A stretch of 64,000 nt of DNA, taken from Lama glama (lineage: Eukaryota). Location of the stretch: contig CM052818.1 of NCBI GenBank assembly GCA_028534125.1, positions 1,366,001 to 1,430,000 on the forward strand, written 5' to 3'. Each line of letters begins with the position of its first letter. Position 1 is the first letter of the stretch. The notes below the pieces were generated by a model. The model was not told the DNA's origin, ran no database searches, and saw nothing but the letters and a program-made list of their open reading frames with translations. A program made the translations under genes and the position numbers. Positions 27,212-38,990 of the stretch are shown here, piece by piece.

Positions 27212-27230
27212 CCGTCACTAGATGGCAGTC
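27212..27230 (+). promoter_or_regulatory. Candidate CTCF site
   Basis: ccgTCACTAGATGGCAGtc versus core CCACYAGRKGGCAG, one mismatch, in non-repeat sequence. Confidence 0.45.
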
Positions 27231-28924
27231 TTTCTCCACTTTAAGCAATTTGTTGTGGGAGAGGGAGATACTCTTTATTCAACTACAACGTTGACTACCA
27301 GTATTAGGTTAACTTTAGTAGATCTATGATCTTTCCAGAATTTAAGACTTGTTTACTTTTGTTTTTAGCATTTTATATCTGATAGTTATGTTGTTGAGCC
27401 TTAAGTCTGAGATACACTTGAAATGCTGATAAAAGTTGAACTATAGGCGCTGGCCTATAATTATAATTGCCTTTTCCTATGGTAAGCAATTTGGAATGAA
27501 ACCTTAATTTAAATCCATGGTTTTTAACCGCTTTGATAGTCAGGTGAAAACTATGGATCAGTTTCCCTTAAAATTACACATATATATATATGCTTTTGCC
27601 TATACACATAAAATCTACATAAAATCTGAAAATTGTGGATTTCCAGGTGCATACTTTAGGAACACATGTTTATTAAGTATAGTCCAAAACTCCTGCTTTA
27701 AATGTTTGGCTTTTACATTTTATTCTGATTTTTTTTAATCTCCAAGATCAGGGGATCCGCTATAAACCTCTCATGTTATTCCATATAAATATTATAATAA
27801 TTAAAGAGATATTAGAATTATTAGGAGAAACAGGTGGGGCCTAATGATAAGGATGTAGAAAATTCATTACTTGTTTTGACTGTTCTTTACACTCTTCTGA
27901 AAATGGATGATCTTTACATTATTACTAACTGAACTTGAAAGTGGAGGTGACTTGAGAAATTTAGAGTTAGGCTGATACTAAAGAGAATTTCTAATTGATT
28001 GCTTCCTGTTTTCTAGTGAGAAAGCTGTGGGTCAGAGAAATTCACTGAGTTGGCAAAAGACTTGTAGCTAGTTAATTACATTGCTAAAAACCAAGGTCAC
28101 ACAGTCAGGCAGCTAAAGTCCATCTTTCCTTTCTTTGATTTATACTTTTCAATAGAAAGTTCAGGGAGTAAGGAGGCATTATTAACATAAGTTATGAATT
28201 TCTTAACTTTGGAATTTTCTTCTCCTTGAGGTTGTCTTTTGTCATATTAATGTAGATCTTTGGAGGGAATAAAATGAAGTTTTACATACTAGAAGGAAGT
28301 ATATTTAACTTAGAAGTATTACTGAGTCAAGATATAACTGAATTTGAAACCAAGAGGTTGTCTCGCTATTCAATAATATCTTTTTATGCCATTTACATTG
28401 ATGAATTTTCAGTGGTTATTCCTTTTTTTCAAATGGCAAGGAATATTAGTGCCTCGACATGGAAACCTTTATTTTCCTTTCCTTTGGAAGGGGAAAAGCT
28501 TATTTGAGGTTAGTTGAAATGTCAATGGGAGGTTCTGTCGTGTGTATTCCAATAGCTCCTTCAGGCAAGTGGTTATTCTATAGTGTGTGTGTCTTCATTG
28601 TCAAAGCAGGGATTGTTCATAATTTATTTGACGATCTCTTCCCTTTATTTCAAAGGAAGGAGAATGAATCTAGATCGCTCTGGTTTTTCTGAAGTAAGTG
28701 TTCAGAATTTTTACTTGAAACCAGACTTGTATGTGTGTTTTCTGTGGTTACTGCTGTGTTTTAGGCAGTGGAACTGATCTGCTGAGTGTCTGCTGTCTTA
28801 GCCCCAGGATCAGGGTAGTGATCTAGTACCCACAAATGATTATTGAACTAGAAAATATTGGTAATAAGTAGATATATATTTGTTGAATAAGTGTCAGAGA
28901 TCAAGAAGTTCTTAGAGGTAATGT

Positions 28925-30800
28925 TAGTCATTCATTTAGTCAGCAAATGTTTACTCACTGTCTGCTACCTGTCTAGCACTGTTTTAGAGATATAGTGGTG
29001 AATATGGCAGACAAACCGCTTGCCGTGGATTTTACAATCTAATTGGGACAGGCTGGGGAGAAGGTAGAAAACAAACCATGGATAAAGAGAAAGAGAAAGT
29101 TGTTTGAAGATAAAGGGGATCAACGTTACTAGCATAAGAACAGGAAAAACAAAATTCTTGAGGTAGGGCGAGGCTTAAAAAAATGCAGTGTAGAAGGAGC
29201 AAAGAGGATGGAGGAAGGCAAGGCTAGGGGTGGGACTTAAAGAGAAACAAGGTTAGGGAGATAATCAGAGGCTAGAGTATGTGGGATTTTATAGACTATG
29301 GTAAGAATTGAAGACTTGTTCTTTTCCTGAAGAGAAGGAATTGGAGAGATAAGCAGGGGGATAACATCTGAACTATTGCTTTATAAAGATTATTTTTACT
29401 GCTGTGTGTAGAGTGTCTGCATTGGGACAGGGAGTTGGGGAGATGGGGAGTGCAGAATGGAGACTTTTAGGAGGCTATTGCATTGGTCCGATGTGGCAAT
29501 GATGTGGGACTAGGATTTTAGTGGAAATGGTGGGATGTGGTCAGTATTAAGATATACTTTGGAGACTGAGTTGTCAGGACTTAAAAATGGATTGGATAGA
29601 GTGTACATTAGGTACGTTAGGAGTGATTCCTGGATTTGGATTTTTGACTTGGGCAACTGGACCGTGCTGTTAGCTGTGATGGGGTAGGTGGGTGGTAGGG
29701 AGCTTTAGGGAGGAATAGGTTTGGGAAAGGAGATAGTTTGATGATAACTTTTTTTTTCTGTGTTAAATTTGAGATAGCTTAAAAAAAAACAATTGGAGTT
29801 GTTAAATAGTAGTTGGATATTTGCCTAGTGCTCAGAGAAGTACTCTGAATTGAAGATTAGGAGGTCACTACTGTATAGATGGTATGATAAAGCCATGGGA
29901 TTAGCTGGCAGTGCTTGGTGAGGGAGCATAGGCAGGGAAGAGGAGATGTTTTAGGAATATTTAGAAAAAGAATAGAGGAGGAGGAGCTCCGGAAGGAAAC
30001 TGAGAAGGCATGCCAATGAAAGGATAAAATCCACATTAGTGTGATATCATTGAGGTCTAGAGAAAAGACTGTTTCAAGAAGGAAGGTATATTTAAACCAT
30101 AGCAAATGCTGCCATTAGGTACAGTAAAATGAATGCTAACTATTGGGAGGTGAGGAAGTGAAAAGAAGTTTTGCTGGGAAGAAGAGCAGAGAAATAAGAT
30201 GGTGGCTGGAGGGAAATGTGTAGGTAAGGATAGGCTTCTTAAAGTCATGTCTGTATACCCAAGAGAATGATTTAGTAGAGTGGGTGAAATAGATAATGCA
30301 GGGTAGGGATAAAAGGGAATAATTGCAGGAGTAAAGTTCTTAGGGACCACAAGAATGACTGGCTATAGATAAGACTTGAACTACTTTTTCCATTGTTACA
30401 GGAGGGTTGACAGACAGAGTAGCAGTTTCAGATGTCAGTAGGTTGGTTGATTTAGTGGGAGAAGAAATATTTCTGTATTTTTCTGTGAAGTGTGTAGTCA
30501 GTCAGCAGCTGAGAGTGAGAGGGTAGAGTTTTGAGGAGACAAGAAAGTAAGATTTTTGCAGAATTATTTTGGAGAATACAAAGTGATTTTTTGATGGTGG
30601 TGTTGGGGGCAACAGTTTTGTTAGTATTATCTAGCAATGTTTGACTGCCTGATTTAAATTTGTCATTATATAGCTAAACTGAGTCTAGCAGCACGTGCGG
30701 CTTTGTGATTTTTCTCCAGGAGTATCAGCTTCTTGGGTATGGTCATGGAGTAATTAGATAGTTGGGTTTATTCAAAATTAAGTTTTTCTAGATTAGTTTA
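28925..30800 (-). mobile_element. L2 LINE fragment including 3' end
   Basis: tagtcattcatttagtcagcaaatgtttact (L2 tail) followed by long purine-rich L2 body. Confidence 0.75.
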
Positions 30801-31094
30801 ATTGAGAAAGAAAGATACAGTGGAGTTGTAATTCAGTCTTTTCATTTTCTGATGACAATTCTGTGATGAATACTGTTAAACACTTAAATATTTTTCAATA
30901 AATAAGGAAACAAAATTTGAGATTTTCCTAAAAAAATACTCATCTAGTATTGGGGCAACATAAATACAATTGGATTACTCTATAGTTTATGTAAGTTAAA
31001 TATATACATAGATATAAATTTGCTTTTCGGTTTGTAATTCTGTTTCTGTTTCTTAGATATAAATCTGCTGTAATCTTCATGACTTTTTTAAAAG

Positions 31095-31260
31095 GTCTGT
31101 CTATGATGGTGAGGAACATGGACGATTCATGGAGAAGCTTGAAACTCGCATCCGCAATCATGACCGAGAAATTGAGAAAATGTGCAACTTTCACTACCAG
31201 GGCTTTGTGGACTCTATAACAGAACTGCTCAAAGTGAGAGGAGAGGCCCAGAAACTCAAA
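31095..31260 (+). CDS. EXOC6B: EXOC6B coding exon (exon 2 by human numbering), 166 nt, entry phase 2, exit phase 0
   Basis: Acceptor tttttaaaAG, donor GTAAGG. Translates (R)SVYDGEEHGRFMEKLETRIRNHDREIEKMCNFHYQGFVDSITELLKVRGEAQKLK, recognised as the Sec15B/EXOC6B N-terminal region. Confidence 0.96.
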
Positions 31261-32104
31261 GTAAGGAAACTCTAAGACTTGTTTCTCTGTCCGGTGCTGG
31301 GGTTTTGGTTAACATTAAAAGAAGAATACATCGCAGGTTACATATTTGCATTAAAGATTTGTGAATAGTAAGGAAGGAATTTGTACTGAAATATATAGAT
31401 CATTGGGATTATGGCTTTCAGCTAAAAAGAATGCTCTTTTAGGTTAAAATTCATTTGTGATTACTGCATGTGGTTAAGAACCAGTAACACGAATCAGTAC
31501 TAGTTTCTTTCAAAAAGAAACTAAATTGACTCTTCATGTCATCTGTCTACTTCCTTGCTGGATAAAAGCCACCACTGTGGGATGACAGAATTGTAGGGCA
31601 CGGTATTAGAAGTCATTGCAGCATGGCAATCTGAGCCAAAGAAAATAAATCAGTGATAGTTATGAAGTATCTTCTACGAAAGCACGAAGGTTCTTTCTTG
31701 ATACGACAGATTCAAGTTCAGGAAAGACTCTAGCTGTATTGGTCTGGCCCCTGGCATAACAAATTCACTTATCTTGGATCACTGACTTTGCTACAGAAAT
31801 ATTAATGTATTTGATTATGGGATGCTGTCCTAGTACCCACTGGGAGGTGTTATAGAATAAACAGTATGTACCATTTTATCTTTATAAAATCTCCAAAATT
31901 CTGAAGTTCAAAACAAAGTGGGCCCGAAGGTTTCAGATAAAGAGTTTATGGACCTGTACAACAACTATCCGACCATCTTAAGAAATATAGTATTGCCAGC
32001 AAAAGTAAATCTCTCTTTTGCACCTTCTCAACGGCTTTATTCACCCTCCCTTCCAAAAGTAACAGTTCTTCTGATTTATTATTAATATTTTTTTAATGCT
32101 TAAC

Positions 32105-32197
32105 TTTTTTCTTTGTTTGTTTTGGGTGCAGAGAAAGGTTTATTACAAGGGTCAAGCTAGGAGTACGAATGGCTTGTGCTCAGAAGACCCGAACTCC
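32105..32197 (-). mobile_element. ERV LTR U3/R fragment ending in an A-rich tail
   Basis: Reverse complement: ggagttcgggtcttctgagcacaagcc...cccttgtAATAAAcctttctctgcacccaaaacaaacaaagaaaaaa. Confidence 0.55.
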
Positions 32198-32239
32198 AGT
32201 GTTGAACTACTTTAATTGAAGTTAAATTAGATTCCTTTC

Positions 32240-33075
32240 TCAGTCAACGTACCAAATTTAATTTCAGATGAACTAAAGAGTTAAATGTAAAAAATAAAAC
32301 AGTAAAGGAACTAGTAGAAAACATAGGTGAATATTTATTTGATTGTGGGAGTAAGAAATACAGTTCTAAACACAGTTCCTAAGCCAGAAAGAAAATACTG
32401 TTAGACAGGACAACATTAAAATGAAAGAATTTTCTACATACAGTTAAAAATTAGAAGGTAAATAATCAATAAAAATAGTTACAAATACATACGACAGATG
32501 ATTGATATCCTAACATAGAAAAAGTCTTTACAAATTAATGGGAAAAATGTGAACATCCTAATAGAAAACTGAGAAATACGTGTTGTACAATTTACATAAG
32601 AAGGAATACAAGGGAACTCTACAATTTAAAAATAATGAAAGGAATGTGAATTTGAACAATTAGGTGCCACCTAATAAAATGACAGAGATTAAAAAATGTT
32701 AATTAAGGTTGGAGATGGTACTTATCAACTTGGAAATGGCTGGCTGGGGTTCAGACTGTTACAGCCTTTATCGAGGGCAATTTTATTTATCAGTACTTAA
32801 AACCCCACATAGTTTTAAGATTTATTCTGAAGCTATAGGTGCATCTACAAAGATGTTCATATGATTTTTTTAATAGGTAAATTTTAGAATGTTCCGAAAA
32901 CTCATTTAGTACAGGATTAGTAAAATAAATCATGGTATATCCATTTAAAAGTATAATAAACTACAATATATTGTAGAAGGTTGTCTGACGTAAGAGAGTA
33001 TTAGAAATGTTTACTTAATGAATAAAGCAGATTAAAAAGTATGAACAGTTTGATCCTCTGTAAAATAAAAAGTTA
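32240..33075 (+). mobile_element. Ancient L1ME-type ORF2/3' fragment
   Basis: aaagagttaaatgtaaaaaataaaac...tagaaaacataggtgaatattt...aaataaatcatggtatatccat. Confidence 0.7.
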
Positions 33076-34671
33076 TGCTGAATTTTTGGGGGGGCTGAAA
33101 AGCCCCGAGTGGACAAAAGTATCTGAAATGTGTGAAAACAATGATTCGGGGCTCCTGCCAGGAGCTGTGTGTGCTGTTTGTCTTCACTCAGCCATCCCAG
33201 CTCCTCCTGTCCATCCTCACTTTGGGCTGTTCTTGGATACCTGAATTCCAAACTTCTCTCTCTGCTCCTTGGATCTCTTGCCCGGGATGGGAAACAGGAT
33301 GCTCTGTGTCTGGTTCCTGAAGTAGTCATGTGCTGGAGTCCCTCCTTGGCAGGTAGACTGAATATTGCCCATAGTGCCCGCCAGGTGCTGACACCAATTA
33401 CTGGTCGGTACTCATTTTCTCTTCCTCTTCCTTCTTCAGATTTCTTCAAGTTGCAAATTCCTCCACATTAGTGAGGATGCCCCTGAGGGAAAGCAGGAAC
33501 TGAGGCTACCAGTTCAGGGTTTTGTCTGCTTCAGGCTCCACTCGCTTTGAGAGCTGAGGGGATTAACGTCTAACAGCAGCACCTGGAAGATTCTGCTCTA
33601 GGGCATCCATTCAACCTGTGTTAAGAGCCTAAGAAACTTAGAAATTCTTGAACTCTAGGAAAGAGTTTAGGAAATGGAAAAGGTTAAGTATTACCTACTG
33701 TCAGTGTTATGTGAACATGACATAACTCTCTAGGGTGCCCACTGTTTCTTGTGATTCACAGTACGTGTGTGTGTATCTCCGTATGTATGTTCTCTGAATC
33801 ATGAGAAATCGCATTCTAGACAGGCAGTATGGTTTCCTCTCATTGTTACATTAAAATGGTATTGAAATAGGAATTCTCTTTCCTGTCAGAAGCTTTGGTT
33901 AGGCTCCTATGGATATTTTAGGACTGTGGTTACGTGAAGTCAGTTGAGTGGGCCATGATCAGTATTTTTAATAAAAAGAGAAATAGAATGGAATAGGAAA
34001 CAATATTACGTGTAGTGAGGGTAGACATTGTTTCTTTAAAATTTTGTTTCAGTTTGTGTATGTGTGTGCATCATGTGTACATTCCTTATATTTGTGTACT
34101 GGGTTGTAATGTGAAATATATTTCTTATAATGAGCTTGAGATAAAAAGATTTCAGTATTTTTATAAGGTTACCTTTAGAAGGTAAACAAGATATTCTAGT
34201 AGAGACAATGATGCTGAATTTGGTATTTATGGAAGGTTGAATTTTATGAGATCTCTTGTTTAGATTTAAAAAATCTAATTTTTGTTGAATAATGACCACT
34301 CAAGGCAACCCAACCATTTTTGTTAACGTTGCTTAAAAGCTTTTTCTTACACTGAGCTGATATTAATCCTATTTTTTTAGTAACATCCATTTATTGGTTT
34401 GTATAATAAACTCTTCAGATATTTGAAGGACAGTTGTAATTCAGGTATGGTGAATATCATATAGTATCCAGGTGTAGTGTCTCCAAATGAATATATTTCT
34501 CCTCTTTGGGCTAAAAATTTCTTTATTTTTTATGTATTGTAGCTTTGACTTCCTCTCCAAATGTATTCTCATCTAATCATGCTTCATTTTGTAATTGGCC
34601 TTCCTAAAGCATGACATCTGAGTGTAATTCTCATAGTGTGGTCATACAGCCTTACCATCTCACTTATTCTA

Positions 34672-34806
34672 GACTAAAGATCAGCAAGCTGTGCCTTGCA
34701 GGCCGAATCCACCTTGCCTTCTATTTTTGTAAATGAAGTTTTTTTAGAACACAGCAATGCCCATTCATTTACATTATGCTTATGGCTGCATTTTTGCTAT
34801 AATGGC
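34672..34806 (+). mobile_element. MER58A-like fragment
   Basis: tcagcaagctgtgccttgcaggccgaatcc...ttttgtaaatgaagtttt...tatggctgc. Confidence 0.7.
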
Positions 34807-35963
34807 TCAGAGAATGATAGTCCAGGAATAGTTTAGGGCAGAGCTTTCAAAGGTGTGTTCCTGAAAAACGAGTTTCTTGAGATAATCCTTAATAAAACGA
34901 TGTTACATAAAATAAGGCAGAAAACACTGTATGATAGCTCATTCTTGGGTATTCACAGTGTTCACAGTAGAATATTAAGTGGTTCACGAAGTCCTGAGTA
35001 AAGTGGCCTGTTTAGTGGTCTTTCCCATACCATACTTGTGTGTGTGTGCACGCACATGTGCAGATCTCTGTGTGCATGTGCAGAGTACCTATTGACTAAT
35101 TTTTCTTGGTGTTCTAAGGGACATAATAGGAAATGCTGGGTTAATGGAATGTCTTAAAAGCATGAGAAGTGGCAGTTATTGGTGGAAGAGTGGAAAGCCT
35201 CTATTGAAGAAAGGTTTAAAACTTGATATTGCTCATGTTTTGATAATGGTTAAGAAGGTGAGGAAATTACTATTCTATGTACTTAATTGTTTTTATATCA
35301 AAAGTGCCTACCAAAATAAGTGGTGCCAGTTCCTTTAAATTGTGAACTCGAGATAATTTTAAGGCTTGTTTTCCTGATTTTGACCATCTGAGAGATTAAT
35401 TAGAAAAATGGGAATATGAAAGTGTTAGGAACTACTAAGAATTAATGATCCAAAAAGAATTAAGATAAAATGTTTTCTAAAAATCAGGATAATAAATAGG
35501 AAAATTTGACCTGAGTTAAAAAGTTCAATTTATGCTCAAGTTTTCCAGCTATACATTGGTGAAGTGAAGATTGTCTATGATAAAACTTGTTCTTTCTACA
35601 CATAGTAGACATGGTAAGGTTCTTTGTGGGTTATTTTTTCTGTTTTTTTTTTTAAATTCCTTTTTTTCTCTTTCCTTTCCAAAATTGAAGTATGATCTTT
35701 AGTTTTTGTATTAACTTACTTCAAAATATTTCAAACTGAATATATCTTTTAGTAAATTTTTTTTTCATTGTTCGAAAGGTCATCCAAACATTTAGTAGAA
35801 GAGTTGATATAATTCGTCCCAAGAGAACGCCACTAATCCAAAAATGTGGTGGAAAATGGAGACTATCCAAACACCTATTCTTAGTCTTTTCATGTAAAAT
35901 TTTGATCTTATCCAACTATTGTCTAAGTGTTTTTTATGAATTTAAATTGTCTTCTCTCCACAG

Positions 35964-36011
35964 AATCAAGTGACGGATACTAATAGGAAACTACAACATG
36001 AGGGAAAGGAA
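35964..36011 (+). CDS. EXOC6B: EXOC6B coding exon 3, 48 nt, phase 0/0
   Basis: Acceptor cttctctccacAG, donor GTAAGG. Translates NQVTDTNRKLQHEGKE, in frame with the previous exon. Confidence 0.95.
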
Positions 36012-36249
36012 GTAAGGCCAGTTTACCTTTCGAAAAAATCTTTTCTGTTTCCTGTCACTCTTCTTTGATAACTGTGTTCTTAATTTAGTGGCTTGTGAGA
36101 CCAGAAGCAGCATGTTGGAGGAACTTGGATATCATTGTTGCTTCTGCTGATGGTTATCTAAAGTAAATGAATGCAGCCACTAGAAAGCTTATGACAGTGT
36201 GTAGCCTTTCTTAGCTGTGTTTTTATATCACTTAGGAGTCATAATATGG

Positions 36250-36670
36250 CCAATGCTGTTTCCTCTGCCTGGAATGTTCTTTCCCCAGTGTTCACCTACT
36301 CCTGACCTTTGCTCATATTTTACCTCCTTAATGAGGCCTTTTCTAACCAACTTATTTAGAATTACAGTCTGACTTTAACCCCTGTATTCTTTTTACTTTT
36401 CTTGCTTTATTTTTCTCCATTTCACCTGTCATGCTCTGATATTATATAGTTTTCCTTATATATTTCCTTATATAGTATTCCTTATATATATACGTATATA
36501 TTTCCTTATATATTTCCTTATATATTTGTCTTTCTCCTTCCAGTGGAAATTAAGCTCCATTAGGTCGGAATTTTTTTTTTCTTAACTCATTGCCATATCC
36601 CCTCTACCTGCCTAAATAGTGACTGATACAACATGAGTGCTCTATAAATATTTGTTTAAAAGAATGAATC
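36250..36670 (+). mobile_element. L2 3' end with internal (TTTCCTTATATA)n minisatellite at about 36450-36525
   Basis: ctgtttcctctgcctggaatgttctttcccc...taagctccat...aaatatttgtt...gaatgaat. Confidence 0.75.
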
Positions 36671-37737
36671 ACTGATTCTATTAATTGATATACTCACCAT
36701 TTAAATCATCATAGTTTATAAGATTATTGTATGTCCGTTTTCTCACTTAATCCTTATGATAGACTTATGACAAAGTAATGAAAGATAATATTATTATTTT
36801 ATTGATTAGGAAACTAAAATGCATGACTTGCTGAAGTTTATATAGTAACTGGCAAGGCTGGGACTAAAATTCAAGTTTTCTGACCTATAGTCTGTTACTG
36901 TTCTCTGTATCATGTACCTTCCTTATTGCATAATACTTATTTAATGTTAAATTTTAATAAGTTTTAACAATAGCTTTTGAATCTTTTATCAGTAACTTAA
37001 TCAAGACCAGTCTCTTTTGTTCTTTTTTGCACAGTGTCTAAGTAGATATCATTTTTAAGTATGAGTATGGGGTGAATACTGTAAGAGGCTATGTAGTTTA
37101 GGTTATTGTTTTTTAAAAGTTTGTCTCACATATTTTAAATTTTTGCCAAGAGTGCAGTTTCTTCTAGTTATATTGTGGTATGACTTCAGATGGAAGTCTT
37201 TAAAACAACTTTAGGAAGAAAAGTGAATTATTCTTCACTAAACTTGAACTTTTGGAAAAGCCACAACTTCTAAGTATGTGGTTTATTTGTTGAAATAGAG
37301 ATTTAGTTGAAGATTATTTTTAAGACTCATTTGAAGCTGTGGAGGAAGGTCTGTTTTCCTCTAGGAGTCTAGCATTGGTGAGAGAAACATAGGATCTTCT
37401 CAGAAGGCTGATGAAATCATAAATCATGAAGAATCTGAATAGGATTTGGAGCAAATGTGCAAGTTTTTTCTTTTCTTCTGGATAGCCTCTGAATTTTAAG
37501 ATTTTATTTGAGCTAGCCTTTCCTAGTGTAGTATGTATGCATCTTGGGGAGAAAGAGAGAAACCATGCAGGGATGTTTTACTGGTTGAGAAAGGCAGTTC
37601 CTTAGTCCACTTGGCAGGTCTTGCTATGAAACTGTCTGGGATTTTCTGATGAATTGAACATAGGGTGGAAAAATGTGACTGAAAGCTTTTTATTTACAGC
37701 TATTGGCTTAATTCAGTTTTTTTTCCCTCTTGCCAAG

Positions 37738-37828
37738 CTGGTAATAGCAATGGAAGAGCTGAAGCAGTGTCGACTACAACAGAGAAATATTTCTGCCACT
37801 GTTGATAAATTAATGCTGTGTCTTCCAG
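37738..37828 (+). CDS. EXOC6B: EXOC6B coding exon 4, 91 nt, phase 0/1
   Basis: Acceptor ttttccctcttgccaAG, donor CAG|GTGAGG. Translates LVIAMEELKQCRLQQRNISATVDKLMLCLP (visible within ORF 37654..37851). Confidence 0.95.
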
Positions 37829-37940
37829 GTGAGGAACTGGAAATAGAGTAGGATTCTTGATGCAATTCCTTTAGCTTTAATTAGTCTTTCACTTTCTCTA
37901 AATAATGCTTTGTGTGCTCTTTCCCCACTTCTCTTTCAAG

Positions 37941-37986
37941 TCCTGGAGATGTATAGCAAACTGAGGGACCAGATGAAAACTAAAAG
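37941..37986 (+). CDS. EXOC6B: EXOC6B coding exon 5, 46 nt, phase 1/2
   Basis: Acceptor cttctctttcaAG, donor AAG|GTAAGA. Translates (V)LEMYSKLRDQMKTK(R). Preceded by a 112-nt intron. Confidence 0.95.
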
Positions 37987-38064
37987 GTAAGATTTTTTTT
38001 TTTATTGAATACTTTTTATTGTCTAAAATTTCTATTATTTAGAATTTTTAGAAGTCCATATTTA

Positions 38065-38210
38065 GGGGAAGGGTATAGCTCAGTGGTAGAGTGTGTGCTT
38101 AGCGTGCATGAAGTCCTCGGTTCAATCCCCAATACCTCCATTAAAATAAATAAACCTAATTCCCAACCCCCCAATTAAAAAAAAAAAAGCAAAGACAAAA
38201 AATTTTTTTT
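38065..38210 (+). mobile_element. tRNA-derived SINE, camelid Vic-1-like, full length
   Basis: A box TAGCTCAGTGG 38076-38086, B box GGTTCAATCCC 38119-38129, A-rich tail, 14-bp TSD GAAGTCCRTATTTA at 38051-38064 and 38211-38224. Confidence 0.92.
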
Positions 38211-38504
38211 GAAGTCCGTATTTACTATAACCTTGCAAAAAATAATTAAATACGTATAACATCTTCTCTAGCTTTTGTATTTCTATTGACTCATCCCCAG
38301 ACTTACTTACATTTACTAGTGGTATGCTGATATATTTTGTTATGTACTGTGTTTAATAAAAAGCACTGTACATAGTTTGATTTTCAGAAGACCCAGCCTT
38401 TTGGAGGAAAAGCTTATAATTGTTATAGTGATAGTTAATTTGAAAAATGTGCTTTGGTTTAGTATTGTAATAGAAAAAATAGTTACTGATTTTGGTGCAG
38501 GGGT

Positions 38505-38552
38505 GAATCAGTCTGAGTTCTCTCCATTGAAACAGAACCAATAGGGTATATA

Positions 38553-38615
<63 letters not shown>

Positions 38616-38990
38616 TAGAGAGACACAGAGAGATAACGATTTATTTTAGGGAATTGGTTCACATAATTATGGAGGCTGGTAAGTCCAAAATCTGTAGCAT
38701 AGGCTTGAAGGCTAGTGTCAGGGAAGATACTGTTGCCTGAGTCTGAAGGCAGTCTGTTGGCAGAATTCCCTCTTCCTCTGGGGAGGCTGGCATTTTTTCT
38801 ATCAAGGCCTCCAACTGATTGAATGAAGCCCATCTATGTTAGGGAGAATATTCTTTACTCAAAGTCTACTGATTTAAGTGCTGATAACCTTATGTGAAAA
38901 ATACTTTCACAGAAATATACAGAATAATATTTCACCAGTTCTCTGGGTACCATGGCCTAACCAAATTGACACATAAAATTAACCATAACC
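38505..38990 (-). mobile_element. MLT2 (ERVL) solo LTR with (GT)n(GA)n microsatellite at about 38553-38632
   Basis: gaaacagaaccaatagg...gaattggttcacataattatggaggctgg...ttgacacataaaattaaccat. Confidence 0.85.

Noticed and set aside
1..31094. EXOC6B exon 1, promoter or a nested gene
   Set aside because: No CpG island and no sequence encoding the expected N-terminus was found; exon 1 presumably lies upstream of the window.
30940..31364. ORFs 30940..31194 (-) and 31182..31364 (+) overlapping exon 2
   Set aside because: Antisense and off-frame shadows of the real exon.
33015..33471. Cluster of overlapping 60-144 aa ORFs
   Set aside because: No recognisable protein similarity or splice support; local GC rise next to an old L1 explains the lower stop density.
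36450..36525. Repeat array resembling CArG boxes or a CRISPR-like array
   Set aside because: CCTTATATA lacks the closing GG and there are no unique spacers; it is a slippage minisatellite inside an L2.
38065..38140. Possible tRNA gene (A and B boxes present)
   Set aside because: It continues into a SINE-specific tail with poly(A) and TSDs, and related copies occur at 13416 and 16407, so it is a SINE.
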